A stretch of DNA of 51,194 bases from a virus. Lineage: Duplodnaviria > Heunggongvirae > Uroviricota > Caudoviricetes. Shown piece by piece: positions 8,290 through 14,464 of this stretch. Under the pieces are notes generated by a model that saw only the letters and a program-made list of their open reading frames with translations, did no database searches and was not told the DNA's origin. Where the stretch lies: the IMG/VR virus record IMGVR_UViG_3300034122_001045; one strand, written 5' to 3'. Numbering within the stretch: the stretch's first letter is position 1; each line of letters starts with the position of its first letter. The translations under genes were made by a program, and so were the position numbers.

Positions 8290-8302
8290 GCTCTTTGACA
8301 AT
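8290..8302 (+). promoter_or_regulatory. boxA-like antitermination element
   Basis: GCTCTTTGACAAT, about 25 nt after the promoter; matches rrn boxA GCTCTTTAACAA. Confidence 0.65.
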
Positions 8303-8322
8303 TTAGAAAAGGAAACAGAAGA

Positions 8323-8476
8323 AATTCTGTTTTCACATATGACTGTAAATGGGAGTACTATGGTTCGAATCCATAGGTGGTCTGGCTGACCGTGATTTAC
8401 AATGCCAAAAGGGCCAGCGTGCCCCTGAGCGCTCGAAAGTTCGAAGCTTTCACAGTCATAGTTGAAAACAGAAGTT
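8323..8476 (+). ncRNA. Structured ncRNA, family B member 1
   Basis: Nested stems TTCTGTTTTCA/TGAAAACAGAA, TATGACTGT/ACAGTCATA, GTAAAT/ATTTAC; internal T-arm TATGG-TTCGAAT-CCATA. Confidence 0.7.
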
Positions 8477-8477
8477 T

Positions 8478-8555
8478 TGCGGGGTAGACTGGAGGTGGTT
8501 CCAGCACGGTCTCATAAGCCGAAGACGTAGGTTCGATTCCTACCCACCGCAACCA
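8478..8555 (+). tRNA. tRNA-Met(CAT), initiator-like
   Basis: CGGT-CTCATAA-GCCG; acceptor stem with one bulged A; ACCA. Confidence 0.85.
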
Positions 8556-8557
8556 AG

Positions 8558-8645
8558 TTTAGACTGTAGAATTAATCACCTCTTGTGAAGGTGTCCCTGA
8601 TCCGTCATCGCCGGCAGGTCAAAGCTGCAAACAGCCCAGTCTAAA
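8558..8645 (+). ncRNA. Structured ncRNA (multiway junction)
   Basis: TTTAGACTG/CAGTCTAAA closing stem with three internal hairpins. Confidence 0.55.
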
Positions 8646-8652
8646 ACAAATC

Positions 8653-8686
8653 GGGGGATTAGCTCAATTGGTTAGAGTTGCCCGCT
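8653..8686 (+). pseudogene. 5' half of a tRNA truncated at the anticodon loop
   Basis: GGGGGAT-TA-GCTC-AATTGGTTA-GAGT-T-GCCCG-CT, then the endonuclease cassette; no matching 3' half found. Confidence 0.7.
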
Positions 8687-8690
8687 ATGA

Positions 8691-8724
8691 AATATCTTTT
8701 TGTATAAATAGACAAAAGGAGATT
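8691..8724 (+). promoter_or_regulatory. Late promoter inside an RBS-occluding hairpin
   Basis: AATATCTTTTTGT-ataaatag-ACAAAAGGAGATT; TATAAATA at 8703-8710. Confidence 0.7.
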
Positions 8725-8727
8725 ATA

Positions 8728-9291
8728 ATGCTTTACACAATATACCAAATAACTAATGAGCTTAACGGAAAAATATACATAGGAAAGCATCAAACTACCA
8801 ATCTCAATGATAGATATTATGGCTCTGGAAAGTTCATAAGGTCTGCCATGAAGAAATATGGTAAAGAGAACTTTACTAAAGAGATACTATTTGTCTTCGA
8901 TACTGAAGAAGAAATGAATACAAAAGAGAAAGAGTTGATAACAGAAGAGTTTGTATCCAGAAAAGATACTTACAACGCCGGAATTGGCGGAGAAGGAGGA
9001 CCTCATTTCAAAGGGAAAAAGCACGGCTCTTACATGAAAGAAATAAGTAGCTCTGTAGATCATCGTAAAAAAATAAGTGAAGGTCTTAAAGAACACTATA
9101 AAGATAACGCTGCTTGGAACAAAGGTCAAACAATATCATCAAATCAAAAAGATAAAATATCAAAAACAATGAGTGGAAGAAAACTTTCAGAAGAAACAAA
9201 AAATAAGATAAAAGAAGCGCGGGCAAGACAAACATTTTCAGAAGAAACAAAAAAGAAAATGACTGAAAGCGCAAGAAATAGAAAGAAATAA
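8728..9291 (+). CDS. GIY-YIG homing endonuclease with NUMOD3-like repeats (Seg-like)
   Basis: TIYQITNELNGKIYIGKH; C-terminal SEETKKKM repeats; GGAG RBS. Confidence 0.9.
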   Translation: MLYTIYQITNELNGKIYIGKHQTTNLNDRYYGSGKFIRSAMKKYGKENFTKEILFVFDTEEEMNTKEKELITEEFVSRKDTYNAGIGGEGGPHFKGKKHGSYMKEISSSVDHRKKISEGLKEHYKDNAAWNKGQTISSNQKDKISKTMSGRKLSEETKNKIKEARARQTFSEETKKKMTESARNRKK

Positions 9292-9298
9292 TTTTAGT

Positions 9299-9375
9299 GG
9301 GCTTGTCGACTAATTGGTTAAGTCACAATCCTCATAAGATTGCTGATCGCGGTTCGAGTCCGTGCGGGCCTACCA
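9299..9375 (+). tRNA. tRNA(CAT), elongator Met or Ile2
   Basis: CAATC-CTCATAA-GATTG; complete cloverleaf; ACCA. Confidence 0.88.
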
Positions 9376-9461
9376 AAATTATTTCTTGGTCTTATTATAA
9401 TCGGTACTGCTGGGATAGGGCAGCTAAGTCGGCACGAGGAGGTGCTAGAGCCAAAAACATT

Positions 9462-9537
<76 letters not shown>

Positions 9538-9560
9538 TACTTTCTATTGAAAGGTTTCCT

Positions 9561-10226
9561 ATGTTAACTCATATTCAAAATATGCAATGGGTTGGCGCTC
9601 TTAGTCTTGAAGACGCAGACGTACTAGCTCAGAAGTCAAAGACTGCTCTAAAGATATTAGAATTTGGCCCTGGTGGCTCGACAATGATATTTCTTCAGAG
9701 TATTGATTCTAACGCATCAGTTACTTGCGTTGAGACTCGACAGCAATGGATTGAAGAACTACAGAATAGATTAGATCTTATTGAACATAAGTCTAATAAT
9801 TATGAGTTCTATCGGTATAAAGATTTCATGAATAAAGAAATTAGAGAAGAAAGCTTTGATCTCATATTTGTTGATGGTGAGAAAACATTTAGAGAAGACT
9901 TTGCGCGTAAGACATGGTATCTGTTAAAGAACGGCGGAGAGATGATGTTTCACGACACAAAGAGAATATCATATATTGATAGTATGATGAACGTAATTCG
10001 CAATAAACTTTTTCAAATCGAAAGCGTTCAATTTAATATTAAAGCATCAAACGGAGAGAATTCAAACATTTCTTCGATTAAGAAAACAGCTAGAATTGAA
10101 CCACCAAACAACTTACAGAGTATCGAACAAGAAAGAGAACTGTGGACTTTTGGTGGTATCAGACAACATAACTATACGATAGACAAAGGTCTGTTTGTAT
10201 ATAGAAATACAGAAGCGCAAAAATAA
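9561..10226 (+). CDS. Class I SAM-dependent methyltransferase
   Basis: LEFGPGGST, FDLIFVDG, FHD motifs; start moved downstream of the tRNAs. Confidence 0.75.
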   Translation: MLTHIQNMQWVGALSLEDADVLAQKSKTALKILEFGPGGSTMIFLQSIDSNASVTCVETRQQWIEELQNRLDLIEHKSNNYEFYRYKDFMNKEIREESFDLIFVDGEKTFREDFARKTWYLLKNGGEMMFHDTKRISYIDSMMNVIRNKLFQIESVQFNIKASNGENSNISSIKKTARIEPPNNLQSIEQERELWTFGGIRQHNYTIDKGLFVYRNTEAQK

Positions 10227-10227
10227 A

Positions 10228-10315
10228 GGAAGCGTGGGCGAGAGGTTTATGCCTGCAGTCTTGAAAACTGCCGAACGGAAACGTTCCGTGAGTTCGAATC
10301 TCACCGCTTCCGCCA
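10228..10315 (+). tRNA. tRNA-Ser(TGA)
   Basis: GCAGT-CTTGAAA-ACTGC, long variable arm, GCCA. Confidence 0.95.
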
Positions 10316-10318
10316 TGA

Positions 10319-10390
10319 TTTAGGATCGGTTCAGCAAACCAAAACGCTAAAATGTTATGATAGTCTTAGCGGACAAAACGATCCTGTTTA
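10319..10390 (+). ncRNA. CAGCAA-family ncRNA copy 1
   Basis: AGGATCG/CGATCCT stem, GTTCAGCAAAC, CGCTAA/TTAGCG hairpin; near-identical to 12860-12931. Confidence 0.7.
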
Positions 10391-10394
10391 ATTT

Positions 10395-10470
10395 GGGCTC
10401 TTAGCTCAGCTGGGAGAGCGCCTGCCTTGCAAGCAGGAGGTCAGGAGTTCGATCCTCCTAGGGTCCACCA
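10395..10470 (+). tRNA. tRNA-Ala(TGC)
   Basis: G3-U70; loop CTTGCAA; ACCA. Confidence 0.96.
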
Positions 10471-10489
10471 ATATAACGGAGAACATCTA

Positions 10490-10573
10490 ATGGCTGCATT
10501 TCTTATCTTTATGGCAGTGGTTATAGTTGCAATTCTCTGGATTTCAGATGGACCAGGATCAAATCGCTGGTAA
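10490..10573 (+). CDS. Small single-pass membrane peptide (27 aa)
   Basis: GGAG RBS; MAAFLIFMAVVIVAILWISDGPGSNRW. Confidence 0.5.
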   Translation: MAAFLIFMAVVIVAILWISDGPGSNRW

Positions 10574-10580
10574 TAGAATT

Positions 10581-10654
10581 GGCCTATTCGTATATGGGTA
10601 TTACATTCGGCTGTCCACCGGATAAAGAGGGTTCAAGTCCCTCATAGGTCGCCA
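10581..10654 (+). tRNA. tRNA-Asp(GTC), C37 variant
   Basis: TTCGG-CTGTCCA-CCGGA; GCCA. Confidence 0.85.
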
Positions 10655-10658
10655 ACTT

Positions 10659-10744
10659 ACGATGGTTGTGTTAGAGTCTTGGTTGTCTTAACACATAAAC
10701 TAGAAAGAGGTACGGGTCGCTACCGTCGCTCACTATTCCATCGT
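10659..10744 (+). ncRNA. Structured ncRNA between tRNAs
   Basis: ACGATGG/CCATCGT closing stem; TGTGTTA/TAACACA and ACGG/CCGT hairpins. Confidence 0.45.
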
Positions 10745-10754
10745 ATTCAATAAT

Positions 10755-10829
10755 GCGGAATTAGCTCAGTGGTAGAGCCCCTCGTTTACACCGAGGTTGT
10801 CGGGAGTTCGACCCTCTCATTCCGCACCA
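10755..10829 (+). tRNA. tRNA-Val(TAC)
   Basis: CCTCG-TTTACAC-CGAGG; ACCA. Confidence 0.94.
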
Positions 10830-10836
10830 ACTACAT

Positions 10837-10913
10837 GCCCATGTAGGCCAATTGGTAGAGTCGGCGCGCTTAGAACGCGTATGTTGGGGGTTCGAGTCCC
10901 TCCATGGGCACCA
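10837..10913 (+). tRNA. tRNA-Leu(TAG), short variable arm
   Basis: GCGCG-CTTAGAA-CGCGT; 5-nt variable loop; ACCA. Confidence 0.88.
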
Positions 10914-10919
10914 AAATTT

Positions 10920-11109
10920 AGAATGTTTACAGCAACAAAACAAAACTACTGGTTCGATTCCAGTACTCCCCACCATGGATACACTGTCAGCACTGTGAGA
11001 AGCGCAGATCGACAAGACTAGAACAAGGTTTGAATCCAAACAGTGTATCTTTGATGGGGAGTATGGCAAGGTGCCGCTAAGAGCAATCTTAGCTTTCCCC
11101 AAACATTCT
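10920..11109 (+). ncRNA. Large CAGCAA-family ncRNA (about 190 nt)
   Basis: Three nested 9-bp stems (AGAATGTTT/AAACATTCT, TACTCCCCA/TGGGGAGTA, GATACACTG/CAGTGTATC), TTACAGCAA, two T-loop-like motifs. Confidence 0.7.
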
Positions 11110-11132
11110 GTTATATAGTATAGGAGAGCACA

Positions 11133-11366
11133 ATGCGCGATAGAGCTTTTCGACGATTTCAAGAACTTAAGAAGAAGCAGTGGGTTCGAAAGTTTTTCTC
11201 AAAACATCGAGCTCGTGATCTAACCGATGCTGATGTTGGAGTCTATTCTCATACACCGCATCTGTGTTCCTGCTACTTATGTGGTAATCCACGCAAGTGG
11301 TGGGATCAAAAGACTCTTCAAGAAAAGAAGATGGAAGACTTTTATAAAGCAACTGATGAAGACTAA
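11133..11366 (+). CDS. Small basic protein with CxCxxCGN motif
   Basis: GGAG RBS; HLCSCYLCGNPRK. Confidence 0.7.
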   Translation: MRDRAFRRFQELKKKQWVRKFFSKHRARDLTDADVGVYSHTPHLCSCYLCGNPRKWWDQKTLQEKKMEDFYKATDED

Positions 11367-11367
11367 T

Positions 11368-11455
11368 GGATCGTGGGCAGGACGGTAATGCAGCAGATTG
11401 CTAATCTGTAGAACGAGCAATCGTTCACTGGGTTCGACTCCCAGACGGTCCGCCA
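11368..11455 (+). tRNA. tRNA-Ser(GCT)
   Basis: GCAGA-TTGCTAA-TCTGT; long variable arm; GCCA. Confidence 0.94.
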
Positions 11456-11459
11456 ATAC

Positions 11460-11548
11460 GGGTGGTAATCCTAGTTGGGACTAGGGCTCGCCTGGAAAGC
11501 GATGCGCAGGCGCAAGTCTGTCAGATTCGATTTCTGTGCCACCCGCCA
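11460..11548 (+). tRNA. tRNA-Ser(GGA)
   Basis: TCGC-CTGGAAA-GCGA; long variable arm; GCCA. Confidence 0.88.
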
Positions 11549-11560
11549 AAAAAATAATGG

Positions 11561-11589
11561 TTGACATTCACATAGAATCAGTTTATATT
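11561..11589 (+). promoter_or_regulatory. Early promoter with GAATCAG motif
   Basis: TTGACA-ttcacata-GAATCAG-tt-TATATT. Confidence 0.8.
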
Positions 11590-11620
11590 GATAATGTAAG
11601 TAACGAAAGGAAACAACGTT

Positions 11621-11785
11621 ATGCTTTACATTCGTGATATCATGGAGCTTCTTCAAGTTGATAAAGAAGTCGCGACTAAAGTGTTTGCTTGGATGGATCT
11701 TGACCTGAGCGAATGCACTAGGGAAGATTTCGATGCTGATGCACGTTATGTGTATGCCCAAATTAAAAATGGTACATACAAATAA
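11621..11785 (+). CDS. Hypothetical early protein (54 aa)
   Basis: AAGGA RBS; MLYIRDIMELLQVDKEVATKVFAW... Confidence 0.65.
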   Translation: MLYIRDIMELLQVDKEVATKVFAWMDLDLSECTREDFDADARYVYAQIKNGTYK

Positions 11786-11788
11786 CTA

Positions 11789-11817
11789 TTGACATTCATG
11801 TCGAATCAGTGTATTCT
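11789..11817 (+). promoter_or_regulatory. Early promoter with GAATCAG motif
   Basis: TTGACA-ttcatgtc-GAATCAG-tg-TATTCT. Confidence 0.8.
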
Positions 11818-11846
11818 AATAATGTAAGGAACGAAAGGAAACCTTG

Positions 11847-12044
11847 ATGAATATCGCTAGCTCCAAACTTGCTGAGATTGCCTACGGTATGTCCGAGATG
11901 GCTCGCACTCACAAGAACGACGTGATTGCAAACAACCTCGCTCGCGTTTCGGAAAAGGTCGCCGTCCAAGGTGCAAACTGGGCAGGTAAACCGCTCGATG
12001 AAACTGATATGATGTTGGTTCGTTACTACCTCGCTAACAAATAA
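11847..12044 (+). CDS. Hypothetical early protein
   Basis: AAGGA RBS; has its own promoter. Confidence 0.65.
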   Translation: MNIASSKLAEIAYGMSEMARTHKNDVIANNLARVSEKVAVQGANWAGKPLDETDMMLVRYYLANK

Positions 12045-12047
12045 TAG

Positions 12048-12076
12048 TTGACATTTCTGTCGAATCAGTGTAGATT
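12048..12076 (+). promoter_or_regulatory. Early promoter with GAATCAG motif
   Basis: TTGACA-tttctgtc-GAATCAG-tg-TAGATT. Confidence 0.8.
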
Positions 12077-12102
12077 GAGAATATACAGAAGAGGAACTGA
12101 TC

Positions 12103-12501
12103 ATGTATACCTTCGATGAAACGATCGTCTCCGACCTCCACAAGGATGCTTACGGCTATCGCCCAGATGCATACTTCTGGGAAGAGTGGACTCAGTGCGG
12201 CGACGACACTCGTCAAGCCATGTGGGATAACCTGCTTGTAGAACTTGAGCAAGCGCGTGAGCGGGAAGCTCAAGAACAGATCGCTGCGATCAATGCTTTC
12301 GAGCTTGAGATTGCAAACGCTCTTGATGTTGGTGCTCGTTCGCGTGAAGACGCAGTTCGTTGGATCGTCCAAGGTTTGGAGCTTAGCGATATCGACATGA
12401 TGTACGGTGGCAGCTACATCTGCTTCCTTAAGGGTCTGCCTTATCGCATGGCAGCAATGTTTGACAACGCGATCAACTTCTTTCGTGCTGAAGTTGTATA
12501 A
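12103..12501 (+). CDS. Hypothetical early protein
   Basis: GAGGA RBS; MYTFDETIVSDLHKDAYGYRP. Confidence 0.7.
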   Translation: MYTFDETIVSDLHKDAYGYRPDAYFWEEWTQCGDDTRQAMWDNLLVELEQAREREAQEQIAAINAFELEIANALDVGARSREDAVRWIVQGLELSDIDMMYGGSYICFLKGLPYRMAAMFDNAINFFRAEVV

Positions 12502-12504
12502 ATA
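12497..12504 (+). promoter_or_regulatory. T4-type late promoter
   Basis: TATAAATA just upstream of the ncRNA at 12520. Confidence 0.65.
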
Positions 12505-12519
12505 GTATTGTAACGAGTG

Positions 12520-12609
12520 CTCTGTTTCCCGCTATATCCCGTAAATGAGGGTCGGCCACCCAAACTTTACTGAAACACGCAATGCGCTGGGGTATAGCGG
12601 AAAACAGAG
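12520..12609 (+). ncRNA. Structured ncRNA, family B member 2
   Basis: 21-bp basal stem with one mismatch; GTAAA/TTTAC helix; GGGT-CGGCC-ACCC hairpin. Confidence 0.7.
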
Positions 12610-12614
12610 ATAGT

Positions 12615-12690
12615 TTCCTGATAGCTCAGTTGGTAGAGCGTCTGACTGTTAATCAGAATGTCCCAGGTTCGAGCCCTGGTCAGGGAGCCA
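12615..12690 (+). tRNA. tRNA-Asn(GTT), second copy
   Basis: TCTGA-CTGTTAA-TCAGA; GCCA. Confidence 0.95.
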
Positions 12691-12698
12691 AAATTTAT

Positions 12699-12773
12699 AT
12701 CGGTGTAGCTCAATGGTAGAGCGGAGGTCTCCAAAACCTCGCGCAGTGGGTTCGATTCCTACCACCGGTGCCA
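12699..12773 (+). tRNA. tRNA-Trp(CCA)
   Basis: GAGGT-CTCCAAA-ACCTC; GCCA. Confidence 0.94.
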
Positions 12774-12779
12774 ATATAT

Positions 12780-12856
12780 CCGAGTATAGCTCAGTTTGGT
12801 AGAGCGCTTGCTTTGGGAGCAAGATGTCGTGGGTTCAAATCCTGCTACTCGGACCA
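12780..12856 (+). tRNA. tRNA-Pro(TGG), second copy
   Basis: CTTGC-TTTGGGA-GCAAG; ACCA. Confidence 0.95.
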
Positions 12857-12859
12857 AAA

Positions 12860-12931
12860 TTTAGGATCGGTTCAGCAAACAAAAACGCTAAATCGTATTG
12901 GATGTCTTAGCGGACAAAACGATCCTGTTAA
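12860..12931 (+). ncRNA. CAGCAA-family ncRNA copy 2
   Basis: Same frame as 10319-10390; differs mainly in the hairpin loop. Confidence 0.7.
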
Positions 12932-12935
12932 ATAT

Positions 12936-13013
12936 GGTCCTATAGCTCAGCTTGGTTAGAGCGCGAGTCTCTAAAACTCACGGCCGCGGGTTCAAATCCC
13001 GCTTGGACCACCA
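12936..13013 (+). tRNA. Amber suppressor tRNA (anticodon CTA)
   Basis: GAGT-CTCTAAA-ACTC; canonical D loop GG and T loop TTCAAAT; ACCA. Confidence 0.85.
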
Positions 13014-13016
13014 CGA

Positions 13017-13145
13017 ATCCGACTTTGTAAGAAATGGCATAAGAGTAACCGAGACAACTTATGTACCGCTTACATTAACTAGCGCTGTATATGCTGGCAA
13101 AGCCGATAAAAACCTTCTCAGGTCGTGCATATGTTAGAGCCGGAT
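13017..13145 (+). ncRNA. Structured ncRNA (about 130 nt)
   Basis: ATCCG/CGGAT, TGTAAG/CTTACA, GCATAAG/CTTATGT, ATATGC/GCATAT, plus two small hairpins. Confidence 0.55.
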
Positions 13146-13171
13146 AACTATATTAAGGAAAGTGTAAATAA

Positions 13172-13798
13172 ATGTCGTATCTAAATCACAACCTACCAGA
13201 TTGGCCTTGCTACATTCGCAATGAGTTTTTGTACAATCACACAAAAGGACATGGCGAAGTTTCCAAATGTAATGTTCACTCAGTCGCAAGCATGGAGAAA
13301 AGAACGCCATTATTTGAATGCTTTTTAGAAAATGGTGTAAACTGGACTCGTAGACCTCTGCACGCGCTTTGTTGGGATCCGGAAGCAGAAATAGAACCAC
13401 TAAATCAAATCATGTATTGGGATTGTTTTTCCACGTACATTGACGTTCAACGTAGACATCGCTTGGCTGGGTTAAGCGCTGAACTAATTCGTCCTGATAA
13501 TACAAAAGTACGTGGTGATTACATGTTCACTCTTGATTGGGGCTTTGAAAACAAAGCAATGGCCGATTTTAACTTTGCAGAAACACCTGAGCATAAGTGT
13601 GCTCATCTGTTCAAAGTAGAAACTGGAAATTACTACGCTTATCCAAATAATAGAATTATATGGTATGATAGCGCATTTACATCTAATCGTATCTCAGCCA
13701 ATCCCGGGTATGAAATTGATATGACTTGTTATTCAGTAGAGAATAAGAGAACTTTTGAGACCTCTGACCATTACATTTACAACATTACAGAAAGTTAA
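13172..13798 (+). CDS. Conserved hypothetical phage protein
   Basis: 208-aa ORF with AAGGA RBS and protein-like composition. Confidence 0.75.
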   Translation: MSYLNHNLPDWPCYIRNEFLYNHTKGHGEVSKCNVHSVASMEKRTPLFECFLENGVNWTRRPLHALCWDPEAEIEPLNQIMYWDCFSTYIDVQRRHRLAGLSAELIRPDNTKVRGDYMFTLDWGFENKAMADFNFAETPEHKCAHLFKVETGNYYAYPNNRIIWYDSAFTSNRISANPGYEIDMTCYSVENKRTFETSDHYIYNITES

Positions 13799-13814
13799 TA
13801 AAGGAGAAATACAA

Positions 13815-13835
13815 ATGAAGAGATATCACTTGTAG
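13815..13835 (+). other. Mini-ORF MKRYHL ending in TAG (readthrough would add ITRPP)
   Basis: Strong AAGGAG RBS; TAG at 13833-13835, in-frame TAA at 13851-13853. Confidence 0.4.
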
Positions 13836-13906
13836 ATTACTAGACCGCCCTAAATTGGGGCATACATCATGAAGTAAAAATGAAACCCAATTTAGGAGAA
13901 CTAACA

Positions 13907-14368
13907 ATGTCTATAGAACTTAAAATTAAATCTAAACACCTTTCAGAAGAAGCTCGTATCATTCGTTTTGAAGAACGTAAGTTACTCAAACAGTATCAGT
14001 GGTCTCTAAACAAATACAGAGAAGCTGGACACAACGACATCTATCCACGTTGGCATGATAAAGCATTTAACGAATACAAATCTATCAGCCAACACCGCAA
14101 ATGGGAAGTGCGTAACGAGAACCGTGCTACCTTCCTTGCTCGTGCTTATCTCACTGGCAAACCATATAAGTCTGTTGAGAATAAGTGCAATGATACATCT
14201 GTGCTTCGTACTCGCATCCTTCCTCGTGTTTGTGAGATGGTTAATAAGTATGGCCCAGTTGCTGATAAGCTGAGTAAGAAGTGGAACAGAGAGCGTATGC
14301 GTTATGAGTATGATGCAGAACCTTGGAAAGCTCACTGTGATAAAGTAAAGGCTTGGACTGAAAGTTGA
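13907..14368 (+). CDS. Basic hypothetical protein
   Basis: AGGAG RBS; MSIELKIKSKHLSEEARIIRFEE. Confidence 0.75.
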   Translation: MSIELKIKSKHLSEEARIIRFEERKLLKQYQWSLNKYREAGHNDIYPRWHDKAFNEYKSISQHRKWEVRNENRATFLARAYLTGKPYKSVENKCNDTSVLRTRILPRVCEMVNKYGPVADKLSKKWNRERMRYEYDAEPWKAHCDKVKAWTES

Positions 14369-14376
14369 TATAAATA
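14369..14376 (+). promoter_or_regulatory. T4-type late promoter
   Basis: TATAAATA upstream of structured RNAs and a methyltransferase. Confidence 0.6.
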
Positions 14377-14381
14377 CTATT

Positions 14382-14464
14382 TGGATGGATACTGCAACCA
14401 ATCTGCGGGGTAACAACCGCTATCATATGGTTAGATAGTATCGACGAGGTCCACAGACCATCCA
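14382..14464 (+). ncRNA. Structured RNA candidate
   Basis: TGGATGG/CCATCCA, GATACT/AGTATC, GCGG/CCGC stems. Confidence 0.45.

Noticed and set aside
8653-9375. Group I intron splitting a tRNA around the GIY-YIG gene
   Set aside because: Only a few nt flank the ORF, there is no room for a ribozyme core, and the downstream sequence is a complete separate tRNA rather than a 3' exon.
12520-12609. RNase P RNA, SRP RNA or hammerhead ribozyme identity for the structured RNAs
   Set aside because: The diagnostic cores (P4 GAGGAAAGUCC, SRP GGAA/AGCAG loop, CUGANGA plus GAAA) were not found by eye.
10319-12931. CRISPR array interpretation of the repeated 72-nt elements
   Set aside because: Only two near-identical copies 2.5 kb apart, with no regular repeat-spacer period and no cas genes.
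12936-13013. tRNA-Pyl
   Set aside because: It shares the CUCUAAA loop but has a canonical D loop GG, TTC T loop and 5-nt variable loop, and no pyl genes are present.
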